Shown here: positions 28,821 to 41,600 of the stretch, one piece after another
Numbering within the stretch: the stretch's first letter is position 1
Layout of the letters: each line of letters starts with the position of its first letter
Assembly (NCBI GenBank): GCA_002269645.1
Contig: NIVC01003579.1
Coordinates: 26,064 to 90,063, forward strand
Direction: 5' to 3'
DNA from: Macrostomum lignano
Lineage: Eukaryota
DNA length: 64,000 nucleotides
The notes under the pieces: generated by a model
Seen by the model: only the letters and a program-made list of their open reading frames with translations
What the model was told of the DNA's origin: nothing
The model's database searches: none
Translations under genes and position numbers: made by a program

Positions 28821-29088
28821 GGGTTTTAGCCTAAGTGGTCAGAGCGTCGGACTCCTGACTGAGAGGTTGGGGGTTCCATTCTCGACCAACTCGGAACAAT
28901 TTGTGTCCTTGAGCAAGACACACTTAACTCTGCATTGCTTCAGTTCACCCAGCTGTAAAATGGGTGCCAGCATTAGCTGGGGTAATTGAGGGTGTGTGGC
29001 GACCCCCCAGTCCTTGGACTGAACAGCCGTACGCAGCCTTCAGATGCGCCGCGCAATAGCTGCGGCTGAGCTGTCGGTTGCACGTCTG
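28821..29088 (+). mobile_element. tRNA-derived SINE with CORE/MIR-like central domain, copy 1
   Basis: Pol III A box TAGCCTAAGTGG and B-box-like GGTTCCATTCTC, then TGTGTCCTTGAGCAAGACACACTTAAC...CAGTTCACCCAGCTGTAAAATGGG; a second copy lies at 46310-46566 in the opposite orientation. Confidence 0.85.
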
Positions 29089-29920
29089 GAGGTGTAATCA
29101 ACTATTACTAATATATCATTATTCAGCAAGAATAATAGCACTAAAAAGAATTCTGCCTTTGACAAACTCTGTGCATGCATACTCGTACGAGTAAACTCAC
29201 TAGCTACTACAGGACAAATAGCTCATGTATGTGTCCCTCACTAACCTCCCGATCAATTCCTTAAAAAACCGGAGTATTGAGTCCTTCCACTTCAGCTGTC
29301 AACGTTTTACGTGTCTTTGCTGGGTTTTACTTTTCTGTTGACATTTGTACCAGCCATATTTATACCTCCTTTTAATAATATAGAATTTCCTATGATCATC
29401 TGTACTTTTCCGTGGGTTGTACGACGTATTATTTTGTCCTAACATGTCTTGATCACATTCATCTTGTTGTCGTTCAGCCGTGATAATCGGGAACATTGAT
29501 AAAAGTACATTTCAAAAGCCAGGCAAGCAAACCGTGAACTGAATAAAAGCTTGAAACTAACAATATGGATTGACAGAAACTGGACCTTCTGGGACAGCAA
29601 AAGGAATCCGATGAGCGACACGGGCTTGTCTCAAACTCTTCTCTTCGAAGGAAGTGATCCTTCAGATTAACTCAGTGTTAGTGGAAGTTTTATTTGAGAG
29701 TTTCAGATCGCGCACTTCTTAACTGACTTTGTTCAATTTCCTATCTTTCCAACGCTTCTGTGATATTTTTCCTGCTCTGGTTACAAAATATAATCATACA
29801 CTTATTCAAGATAAGCAGGATTGCGTGATGGATATTTGTCGGAGGAATTAGCACCCTTCTTGAGACCGAAAAGAATTATAAATATATAAAGCTTCTTTGC
29901 GCCTTCTTTGGAATATTATC

Positions 29921-30135
29921 TAGGAGAGGACAGGAGAGGAGAGGAGAGGAGAGGAGAGGAGAGTAGAGTAGAGGGGAGGAGAGGAGGGAGAGGAGAGGAG
30001 AGGAGAGGGGAGGAGAGGAGAGGAGAGGAGAGGAGAGTAGACTAGAGGAGAGGAGAGGAGAGGAGAAGAGAGGAGAAGAGAGGAGAGAAGAAGGGAGCAG
30101 AGGAGAGGAGAGGAGAGTAGGGGAGAGGAGAGGCA
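29921..30135 (+). repeat. (GGAGA)n pentamer microsatellite
   Basis: Direct reading. Confidence 0.93.
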
Positions 30136-30904
30136 AGAAGGGAGAGCGAACATAGATGACTGGAACTGCAGGGTGAGCCAGTACCAGTGACCTCCCAGTC
30201 GCCGCCATTTTAGTTATACCCCCCCAGGCAAAATTTAAAGCGGTCAGCGATCGAAGCAGTATAAAATGGCTCGCTTCTTTCCATCGCTTCTTTAACTCCA
30301 GGTGTTGCCATAAAGACTTAACAGAGGCGCACAGTGTACGGTGCAGTAAAACTGGTGCAGCTGCCCTCCCCCTCGAAAAAAGTATGATTTTTTGCCAACG
30401 CAAAAGTATGCCCTCTCGAAATGCGCTGCGATCTGTGTACTTTTCGGATTTGCTTCTGCTGCGAGTCCTTGATCGAGGCGCAAGCCAGGAACAGGGGGGT
30501 GCGGAACTGCTGAACGCTTGGAAATTCGTTCCTACTAGAAGAAGCATTGCCAGAAAAAGGAGAGAGAGAGTTTATAAGAGGCAGAAAATATTGGTGACGG
30601 CAGGTGCAATGGATGCAGCTGCTCCTAGGGAAGGAAACGGATCATCTCGCCTTGTTTTTACTTGGATCCCGAGCTTCCCACCCCAGTGCCAATGGTCAGA
30701 TTTTTGGCACAGTTAGAAGTCGCCCCGCAGCATATGTGATGGGTTTTGGGGGCCACCTGCCTGAAAGCCTGCAGTCCTGCCATGAATTTGTCTAATGAGT
30801 AGTCTGCGTCTTCTTTATGTCTTTAATTTCTTGTCTTGCCAATCTGCCTTATAATTCATATTCTTTGATGCATCAATGTCCCGCTTCCTCCATTCTCTTT
30901 TTCA

Positions 30905-31510
30905 AGCGTCCGTCTCACTGCCCCTCTCTGACTCCCTGCCCTCTCTGACTCCCTGCCCCTCTCTGACTCCCTGCCCCTCTCTGACTCCCTGCCCCTCTCT
31001 GACTCCCTGCCCCTCTCTGACTCCCTGCCCCTCTCTGACTCCCTGCCCCTCTCTGACTCCCTGCCCCTCTCTGACTCCCTGCCCCTCTCTGACTCCCTGC
31101 CCCTCTCTGACTCCCTGCCCCTCTCTGACTCCCTGCCCCTCTCTGACTCCCTGCCCTCTCTGACTCCCTGCCCTCTCTGACTCCCTGCCCTCTCTGACTC
31201 CCTGCCCTCTCTGACTCCCTGCCCTCTCTGACTCCCTGCCCCTCTCTGACTCCCTGCCCTCTCTGACTCCCTGCCCCTCTCTGACTCCCTGCCCCTCTCT
31301 GACTCCCTGCCCTCTCTGACTCCCTGCCCTCTCTGACTCCCTGCCCCTCTCTGACTCCCTGCCCTCTCTGACTCCCTGCCCTCTCTGACTCCCTGCCCTC
31401 TCTGACTTCCTGCCCCTCTCTGACTCCCTGCCCCTCTCTGACTCCCTGCCCTCTCTGACTCCCTGCCCTCTCTGACTCCCTGCCCCTCTCTGACTCCTTG
31501 CCTCTTCTCT
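30905..31510 (+). repeat. 18/17-bp minisatellite (CTCTCTGACTCCCTGCCC)
   Basis: Period 18 read at 30961/30979. Confidence 0.95.
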
Positions 31511-31949
31511 CCATTCCCCTCTTTACTTCACAAAGCCACGCCCCAGCCCAGCCGTCCCCTCCTCCCCGATGTTTTCAAAACTTTTAAACCAGCGCACGAA
31601 CAAAGCCATCTGAAACACAAAAGGACACCCCATGGCGGCGCTGGATTCCCAATTTTCATGGCGACGCCGTGTTAGCTTAGGCAAGGCAGAACAATTAACA
31701 AAGCAGCACCTCCCAATCCTCGTGACCAATTCCTTCCAGACTTTTACTTCTGCTATTTTTGAATAGACAAAAACACCAGACAGACTTAAGCGCGATGAAA
31801 CGCAGCTAAAATCTGTGAAACAACATCTCTCAGCTGAGAGACAAAGAGAGCCAACGCATTCGTAGGAAACGGTGTGGGCTGAGCTGTGGTTGCTGTTTGC
31901 CGGCTTGAATGGCCTGCCTATCTGCCTGATCTGCTATATTCGATATTTC

Positions 31950-33702
31950 CCGTAGCTCAAATCTAGAAATGCCCCCTCCCCGTAGCTCAAATCTAGAAAT
32001 CCCCCCTCCCCGTAGCTCAAATCTAGAAATCCCCCCTCCCCGTAGCTCAAATCTAGAAATCCCCCCTCCCCGTAGCTCAAATCTAGAAATCCCCCTTCCC
32101 CGTAGCTCAAATCTAGAAACCCCCCCGTAGCTCAAATCTAGACATCTCACCCTCCCCGTAGCTCAAATCTAGAAATCCCCCCTTCCGTAGCTCAAATCTA
32201 GAAATCCCCCTCCCCGTAGCTCAAGTCTAGAAATCCCCCCTCCCCGTAGCTCAAATCTAGAAATGCCCCCTCCCCGTAGCTCAAATCTAGAAACCCCCCG
32301 TAGCTCAAATCTAGACATCTCACCCTCCCCGTAGCTCAAATCTAGAAATCCCCCCTTCCGTAGCTCAAATCTAGAAATCCCACCCTCCCCGTAGCTTAAA
32401 TCTAGAAATCCCCCCTCCCCGTAGCTCAAATCTAGAAATCCCACCCTCCCCGTAGCTCAAATCTAGAAATCTCACCCTCCCCGTAGCTCAAATCTAGAAA
32501 TCTCACCCCCCGTAGCTCAAATCTAGACATCTCACCCTCCCCGTAGCTCAAATCTAGAAATCCCCCCTCCCCGTAGCTCAAATCTAGAAATCCCACCCTC
32601 CCCGTAGCTTAAATCTAGAAATCCCCCCTCCCCGTAGCTCAAATCTAGAAATCCCACCCTCCCCGTAGCTCAAATCTAGAAATCTCCCTCCCCGTAGCTC
32701 AAATCTAGAAATCTCACCCTCCCCGTAGCTCAAATCTAGAAATCTCACCCTTCCCGTAGCTTAAATCTAGAAATCTCACCCTCCCCGTAGCTCAAATCTA
32801 GAAATCTCCCCTCCCCGTAGCTCAAATCTAGAAATCTCACCCTCCCCGTAGCTCAAATCTAGAAATCCCACCCTCCCCGTAGCTTAAATCTAGAAATCCC
32901 CCCTCCCCGTAGCTCAAATCTAGAAATCCCACCCTCCCCGTAGCTTAAATCTAGAAATCCCCCCTCCCCGTAGCTCAAATCTAGAAATCCCACCCTCCCC
33001 GTAGCTCAAATCTAGAAATCTCCCTCCCCGTAGCTCAAATCTAGAAATCTCACCCTCCCCGTAGCTCAAATCTAGAAATCTCACCCTTCCCGTAGCTTAA
33101 ATCTAGAAATCTCACCCTCCCCGTAGCTCAAATCTAGAAATCCCCCCTCCCCGTAGCTCAAATCTAGAAATCTCACCCTCCCCGTAGCTCAAATCTAGAA
33201 ATCTCACCCTTCCCGTAGCTCAAATCTAGAAATCCCCCTCCCCGTAGCTCAAATCTAGAAATCCCCCTCCCCGTAGCTCAAATCTAGACATCTCACCCTC
33301 CCCGTAGCTCAAATCTAGAAATCCCCCCTCCCCGTAGCTCAAATCTAGAAATCCCCCCTCCCCGTAGCTCAAATCTAGAAATCCCCCCTCCCCGTAGCTC
33401 AAATCTAGAAATCTCACCCTCCCCGTAGCTCAAATCTAGAAATCTCACCCTTCCCGTAGCTCAAATCTAGAAATCCCCCCTCCCCGTAGCTCAAATCTAG
33501 AAATCCCCCCTCCCCGTAGCTCAAATCTAGACATCTCACCCTCCCCGTAGCTCAAATCTAGAAATCCCCCCTCCCCGTAGCTCAAATCTAGAAATCCCCC
33601 CTCCCCGTAGCTCAAATCTAGAAATCCCCCCTCCCCGTAGCTCAAATCTAGAAATCTCACCCTCCCCGTAGCTCAAATCTAGAAATCTCACCCTTCCCGT
33701 AG
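31950..33702 (+). repeat. ~30-bp minisatellite (CGTAGCTCAAATCTAGAAATCCCCCCTCCC), ~58 copies
   Basis: Direct reading. Confidence 0.95.
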
Positions 33703-34418
33703 ATATGATAATAAACCATGGAGCGAATTCCAATGGCGTATATTTTTCATTTAAATCGAAAATAAAGGCATTATGAAAACTCTCTATTCACTACTTGTTC
33801 AAGTAGCCGATAAAATTCAGGATAAAGCAAAAACACATTTACTCGATTGATTCAATGCAGAGCTTCTCTTATTAAAACGGAAAGATGGGGTATGGCTAGG
33901 TTAGCAACTCAAAATCGGAAACAAATTCATTGTCTAAATCGAGAAGCTCGCAATATCCTATGTGTTGGTATGGCTATAGAATACAATGTAAAGCAATTTT
34001 TTTAAAGAGACTATTTTATTTCACAACGCAAAAAGTTCGATGACTGAATCCTTGCTTGGTTAAGCAGTTTAAAAACACTATTGTGGTAGATGCGTGGGAT
34101 GTGTCATCCAGTTACGCTTGTAAATAGAAAGGTTTGGTTATACAGAAAATTCGGTTTTTATGATTGAATTTAAACAAAATTCAATTTTTGCGTGGAAGCC
34201 TCCCAAATGCGGCATAAGTGCATGAGAGCTCGAAAATATTCTAAAAAGCATATCAGAGACTCCATATACATTACTTGCGTGTTCCCTAGAAGGTTTTTTG
34301 GCTATTTGCTTTATTGTTTGACATTGGCTAAGAGCCAGAAGAAAAAGCGCATTTAGCTGACTAGAATCACTTGCTTATAGCGTGATCTCTGACGTTCAAT
34401 GGCTTCAGAATTGAATTC

Positions 34419-34765
34419 TCAAGGTCAAATCCGGGGGGGAGGGAGAATCCTAGCATCTCGCCTCTCAAGGTCAAATGGGAACGGCCAACCAATCAGCATC
34501 GGAGGGGAGAGAATCCTAGAATCTCGCCTCTCAAGGTCAAATGGGAACTGCCAGCTAATCGGCATCGGGGGAGGGAGAATCCTAGCATCTCGCCTCTCAA
34601 GGTCAAATGGGAACTGCCAGCCAATGAGCATCGGGGGGAGGGAGAATCCTAGCATCTCGCCTCTCAAGGTCAAATGGGAACTGCCAGCCAATGAGCATCG
34701 GGGGGAGGGAGAATCCTAGCATCTCGCCTCTCAAGGTCAAATGGGAGCTGCCAGCCAATGAGCAC
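34419..34765 (+). repeat. 66-bp tandem repeat, ~5 copies, each with TCAAGGTCA and most with CCAAT
   Basis: TCAAGGTCA at 34419, 34465, 34531, 34597, 34664 and 34731. Confidence 0.9.
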
Positions 34766-35691
34766 CAACTAGGGTGAGAGTAGCTTCTCAAGTTGTTACA
34801 TCTCGACTAGATTTTACCAAATAAAAAGTTGACTATGCGTGTAGGACTAGTGGTGCAGTCAGTTCGGAAACTGCATGACAACAGGCAAAGTTAAGAAAAC
34901 AAGATTCTGCATCGATTGCGAATATACGTAATGTTCTAGAAATGTTGTCCATCTAACATTTAACTAACACTTCTCTCCGACTGATTACTATATAAAAATT
35001 AGACACTAGATTTGAAACAAAAAGCAGAAAGCCAGGGACTTGAATTAAAATGAAATTCATGCCATGGATCGTGGATACACAGCTTTCATTGTAGATCCTT
35101 ACTCGACAAAGTCGGTCTGTTTCTTAGTTAGACGATGTTAGCATTACGTCATGATTTACCTGGGGCTGTTGGGACAGCCTCACAGATGACTGGATGCTCA
35201 GTGCGGGAGAAGAGTTGGCAGTTGCTTGAGCATCTGATGAGGACAGGCACGAGTAGATTCCTGGTCGGTAGAGTCGTCCTACTCGAGGTGCCATCTGGGA
35301 CGCATCGCCGTCAGATTTTTGTTGAATCGCTTTGGGAGTTGCCGAGTGAGCTTGGTTATGATAAAAATGGCAGGTGTTACCGCTTCATGATCTAAATATA
35401 TCCTTAAAACAATGCAACATGGTTAATATTGAAGACAGGCAACAGCAACTCATTAGAAATTCTTAAAACTCATTAGTTTTCTTAAAACGCGGGTGCGTTA
35501 CAGAAAAATTTTCCACGAAACAGTCTCCCGTTTCTTATTTTTACCGGTGCTTAAACTGAATTAATTTAAACCTTAACGTCGCAGCTTTTTTAAAGACTCT
35601 TTTTACTGCAGTTTAAATGTTGATTTTTTAACCACTCAGAGTCGTACTACTCATAATAGATAGAAGGAAAGATCCAAGGCAATACATTAGA

Positions 35692-38600
35692 TCAATCAGA
35701 ACTATTAAGGCTGTACTCACGACTTCCGCGATGAGAATATTCGCTAGGATTATCCGCGCTTACTACTGGTCCATGATTGGACATCGGTAGCGAAAAATTT
35801 GACTGAGGATTTCCATACGATCCTCGGTTCCTGCTAGGGTGCAGTCCGCCGTCGCCGCCATCACCTGTGAAGAAGGTGTGCTGGTCTCGAATGTCGCCAG
35901 ACATAGGCGCAGTGGTGGGCGACAGTCTGCAGTGGGGCAATGGGATTCATGTGTGCCGGGGCTTTAGAACCAGGGGCTTTAGAACCAGGGGCTTTAGAAC
36001 CAGGGGCTTTAGAACCAGGGGCTTTAGAACCAGGGGCTTTAGAACCAGGGGCTTTAGAACCAGGGGCTTTAGAACCAGGGGCTTTAGAACCAGGGGCTTT
36101 AGAACCAGGGGCTTTAGAACCAGGGGCTTTAGAACCAGGGGCTTTAGAACCAGGGGCTTTAGAACCAGGGGCTTTAGAACCAGGGGCTTTAGAACCAGGG
36201 GCTTTAGAACCAGGGGCTTTAGAACCAGGGGCTTTAGAACCAGGGGCTTTAGAACCAGGGGCTTTAGAACCAGGGGCTTTAGAACCAGGGGCTTTAGAAC
36301 CAGGGGCTTTAGAACCAGGGGCTTTAGAACCAGGGGCTTTAGAACCAGGGGCTTTAGAACCAGGGGCTTTAGAACCAGGGGCTTTAGAACCAGGGGCTTT
36401 AGAACCAGGGGCATTAGCGTCACCGGCGCCAACACCAGGGGAACACCAAATGCTTTAGTCAGTTTAAGGGTCAGTTAAAGCTATTAACGTGTGCTCAAAC
36501 CTCAAACTAATGCTGCAAACTAAACTCACATTACCATGTCTAATCTAAATTCAAACTTCTCAAAGCCATATTCCAGTTAAAATGCTCTGAACCTGCACTT
36601 ACTCCAAGCCTCCACCGTAGATGTCGCCTTTGACAAGCGCTGGTACTGTCACCTGCTGGTGCCTCGGCTGCTGCTGCTGCTGCTGGCAGACGCACTGACG
36701 GCAGCTGTGACACGAAGCCGACGAAGCAGATTTTGGAATAACAGCTTCTAAACTGTTGGCCTTCGTCGGTGCAGACTGAGGATCAGCTTTTCTAGTAGCT
36801 CCAGTTTCCACTGCTTCAGCCACTTGTCTCTGCTCACAGACTCTGACCAGACGAGGTGGCATAACGTTCAGCGTGCCGGCCTCCTCCCCGGCCGACACCG
36901 TGGGAGTCGAGGACACCGTTGGCGGGGTTGGGATCGTTGGTTTAGTCTGCTTTTGAGTTAGAACTGTTCTGGGCTGCTGCTGACGAGGCGACTCCCGCAG
37001 CTGCTGACAATGCAACTCCCCCTGTTGCTGACTAGGCGACTCCCGCAGCTGCTGACAATGCAACTCCCCCTGCTGCTGACGAGGCGACTCCCGCAGCTGT
37101 TGACAAAGCAACTCCCCCTGCTGCTGACGAGGCGACTCCCGCTGCTGGTCATTGGCAAGCATCGTGCCAATCTCCGACACTCTGGTGGAAGTTCCACAAG
37201 TCAGCGGCGCTGGAATCTTGGGAAAAGATGCGGCAGCAGACGTTGCACCGGCCACGGAGCGACTCTGCAACTTGTGAGTTGTGTCGCTCTCGCTGACGAA
37301 GATGGTTTGAAATGGCTTCAGCTTGGCTTGATGAGGCGTTTGAGTCAGGTCAAGTATTGAAGAATGACCTGCGGTGTGTTGAGGGTTAAATTTTTACCAT
37401 TTCTACCTATAAAATATCTGGTCCGCAAAGTTCGCTGACCCTCAAGAGCAACCATTTTCTCAGAATATTTTTACCCGGGCACCCGTCGTCAGGAAAAGCG
37501 GCCGTGCTCAAAACCCAATCGGGTGACAAGGGTTTTCCAAGCCGACTGCCAAGCAGTTTTAGCGAATCTCCAATTGGTTCGTGCAGCGACAGTTCCGCTC
37601 GGATTGTGTTCGTCCACAGCGGCAGCACCGACTCGCGGTAGCGTTCTGGTGGGCGGATGCAATATTAATGCACTTATGAAATTTTAATTTCACCAATCGA
37701 TCAAGTTGGCTTTCACCCTTACCTGCTGTATTCTAAGCCTCATTAGTAATGGGTTCTAATCCTCACCGGTAATGGACTCTATCCCTCACCAAAAATGGAC
37801 TCTACCCCTCACCAGTAATACGAGTTAGATTCTACCCTCCACCAGTAATGGATTCTACCCCTCACCGGTAATGGGTTGTACCCCTCACCGGTAATGGGTT
37901 GTACACCTCAAGGGTAATGGGTTCTACATCTCCTGATAGTGGGTACTTACACCTCACCAGTAGTAGATTCTATATGTACCCCTCACCGTTAATTGACTCA
38001 CTCCCAATAAAACTCACTGCACCAGTTGCATCGGTTCGCAGCAAATGCTTGAAACTTCGGCGTCCCAGGTCGCCACTTCCGGTGACGCAGTAGCACCGGA
38101 AGAAGTCGAGCCTGTGATGGATCCCGCTCGACGGCGCGCTGACGAGAGAGCCTTCTGCGCTGCTCGATGGTGGCTACTGGATCGCCCAGGCTTTTGAACC
38201 GGGGTGGCAGGCGCTGCTGTTTCGGCGGCTGATGCTCGGCCTCATCCTGATCGTCGAGTCTGGGCGGCAGCCAAAGGCCCTCAGATGCGCGTCGCATTAT
38301 ATCTAACTGGAGTCTCAACTGAGCAATTAGACGCCTAGCGTGCTCAGTTTCGTAGGCTGGATCTCTGTCACGGTTCTGTGTTGATCCGATTGCGACGTCT
38401 TGCTTGGCTGTAGGCCCCATTGATGAGGACATTGTGCAGTTGTGACTGCCACGGTGGGAGAGATCAGATTGCGGTTTACATTGTCGGAGTGGGGTGGGTG
38501 CCAACTGATAAAATCAGATTGCAGTGTACATGTCGGAGTGGGGTGGGTGCCAACTGATAAAATCAGATTGCAGTGTACATGTCGGAGAGGGGTGGGTGCC

Positions 38601-41600
38601 AACTGATAAAATCAGATTGCAGTGTACATTGGCAGAGTAGGGTTGGGTTTCAATTATATAATCAGAATCAAAGGTATTATCGATAAAAGGAACAAAGCAA
38701 AACAAAGCTTAGCATGAGTCAGAACTTACACAGGAGAAGCGCAGTGCTTGCAAGAAGGATCTACTTGGCGATATATAGTATTGATAGGCTGTAGACAGGC
38801 TAAAAGTTTGTGTTAACTTGTAGTGACCTTCGCGAACTTTCTTTAGCGTATGAATAATAGAAATTTCCCGATATGGTAATATTAAATATTCTACGCTTTT
38901 CCTGAAATTTCCATCAAGTTCACAATATTATTTCTACACCGTTTATGCATAGTTAATTATTAATTTACATGAATTCTTGTACTGTAACACTTAGTCACTA
39001 TTTGAGCAATACGTACATACAACTTAGTTTTGTTTTAAGGATGCACGTTTTTCTAGAACTTTCCGGAAACCCCAATTTCATCTATAAATATACGAAACCA
39101 GAAATGCAATTATTTTAAGTCCTTTTCAATCACTCGATTGACTCAAATAACAGAGCATTCAATTGCTAAAGTCTTTACAACTGGTCCGGTGAGGCGGATC
39201 AACGCAAATACATCGCGACAACAATGTCAACTCCTAGTGACTCCAGTGCGTCGAACCTACCGCCTCCTCCACCGACGGAGCAACCTCCGTTACCGGTCGT
39301 CAGCCAGCCCAGCGGCGTTGCTTCACCACTGGCGATAAGCCCGCCTAGCACCACCGCCGCGGCACCGTCGATTAGCCAGCCCAGCGTCCTTTTCTCGCCG
39401 GCTGCGATGCCGCCTTACCAGCAGGCTGTGGCTGCCGTCAGCGTCAAAGCCCCGCCGTTCTATCGCAACAACCCAGACGCTTGGTTCCAGACGCTGGAAT
39501 CTCAGTTTAAGTTAGCCCGCATCACATCCGAGGAAACAAAGTACCATCACCTCGTGTCCAACCTGCCAGAAGACGTCGCATCTGTTCTCCTGTCGTCTGA
39601 GACTCCTGCCAACTACACTCTACTGAAGACCAGCGTCTGCAACATGATGCAGAAGAGTAAGCAGGAGAAGATTAACGAACTTCTGGCGACATCGGACCTC
39701 GGCGGCGACAAGCCCTCGATTTTTCTACAACGCCTCACAGCCAAGATGTCGCAATGCGGGATACAACCAGCCAGCTGCCCGGACATGGTCAAAGCCACGC
39801 TGTTGCGCTGCCTACCGAGCGAATTCCGCCTGGCCTTGTCTGGATTCCAGGAACAGACTCCAGCACAGCTCGCCTCCATCGCCGACTCGATGTTGGCCGT
39901 CCAGAATTCCTTCGGTCGGGTCAACGCAGCGCAACCAGAGCTCATCGCGGCTGTACCAGCAAAACCAACCGGTGACTTCAACAAGGCTCGGAAAACTAGA
40001 AGCAACGGGATGAAGCCGTTCAAAGCAGGTCAACGCCCCGTCATCTGCCGCGCTCATATCTTCTACGGCCAACAAGCGCGTACCTGCCGCCACTGGTGCC
40101 AGTTTCCAAAGGCACCCAGTCACTTCCCGCGCGTCCTTACGAACAACGAGGCGACGCCAGCGCAATCGCGATCATCGTCACCAACGCGAAACAGCCCAAC
40201 TCCGGGAAACTGGACGACGCTGCCCAACACGCCGCAGTGAGCAGCGTCAGCCGAGGAAATGCGGCGACGAAGCACTTCCTGGTGGTGGACCTCACATTCA
40301 ACGGTCAATGTCTGTCCTTCCTCGTCGACACAGGAGCCGCTGTGTCCATCATTCCGCCAAAGTATCTCCACCAGGCTCTTCAGGCTTCTCTTCAGATTGA
40401 CTACCGCCACCGGCACGTCCATTCCGGTTTCTGGAGAGATCACTCTCACCGTCTCCATCCGAGGACTTCGTCGATCCTTTCAGTGGACCTTCCTCGTCGC
40501 CGCCGTCATCCAGCCGATCCTTGGTTATGACTTTCTATCCCGGTACGGTCTTTTAGTTGACTGCAAGGCACGACAACTGTTGGATCCAGAAACTACGCTG
40601 CACACGCAGACTCTACCTGTCACCAGCCTGCAGCTTGACAGCTTCGCCGTCTCCTTGGCATATCCCGAGCATTGCGATCCGAGAGTGCAACAGCTCATCG
40701 ATCGTTTTGCCGACACCTTCTCGTACGTCGAAGGTGGTCGCCTGCCTAGAGCTGAGGAGGTTAAACACAACACGAAGCACCACATCATCACCAACGAGCA
40801 TCCTCCGACACATGCCAAAGCGCGACAGCTACATCCCGAGAAGCTTGCCATAGCCAAGGACGAGTTCCAGCAGCTGATCGACGCAGGATACCTTCGGCCT
40901 TCCGCCAGCAACTGGGCATCAGCTCTTCATATGGTCCCCAAGAAGGACAACGGTGTACCTAACGGAAAATGGCGACCCTGCGGTGATTACCGGCAGCTCA
41001 ACAAGTTGACCAAACCAGACAACTATCCTATTCCGCACATCCAGTGCTTCACAAGGAGTCTTCACGGTGCAAGGATCTTCTCGAAGCTGGACCTCGTACG
41101 AGCGTACCACCAGATTCCGATCGCCGATGAAGATATTCCGAAGACCGCCATTATTACGCCGTTCGGTCTCTACGAATGGACCCGCATGCCGTTCGGGCTG
41201 CGGAACGCAGCGCAGACATTCCAGCGCTTCATCGACAGCGTCCTGCGGGGTCTTCCATATGCGATAGCCTACGTTGACGACCTCCTGATCGCATCGCCAA
41301 ACGAGGAGGATCACCTGCGACACCTGGAATCAGTCCTGACTCGTCTATCGGAGCACGGACTCAAGGTACAGCTCAGCAAGTGCACCTTCATGCAGCCGGA
41401 GGTAACCTTCCTGGGACATCAGGTGTCAGCCGAGGGCATCAGGCCGCTTGACTCCAAGGTCGACACCATCCGGCAGTGGCCGATTCCCAAGGATGCCAAC
41501 GCACTGCGTAGGTTTATCGGTGTCATCGGCTTCTACCGCCGTTTCATCCCGAAATTCGCTGACATCGCCGCGCCTCTGCAGGATTTCGTTACTACATCTC

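Noticed and set aside
28821-28890. tRNA gene
   Set aside because: No complete cloverleaf or acceptor stem; it is the head of a SINE.
35867-36478. (GALEP)n and (RGFRT)n ORFs
   Set aside because: They come from a 15-bp array inside a predicted minus-strand intron bounded by good splice sites.
36971-37146. Plus-strand Ala/Pro-rich reading ([16 protein letters not shown])
   Set aside because: Interrupted by TAG in the second unit; the minus-strand frame is open and splice-compatible.
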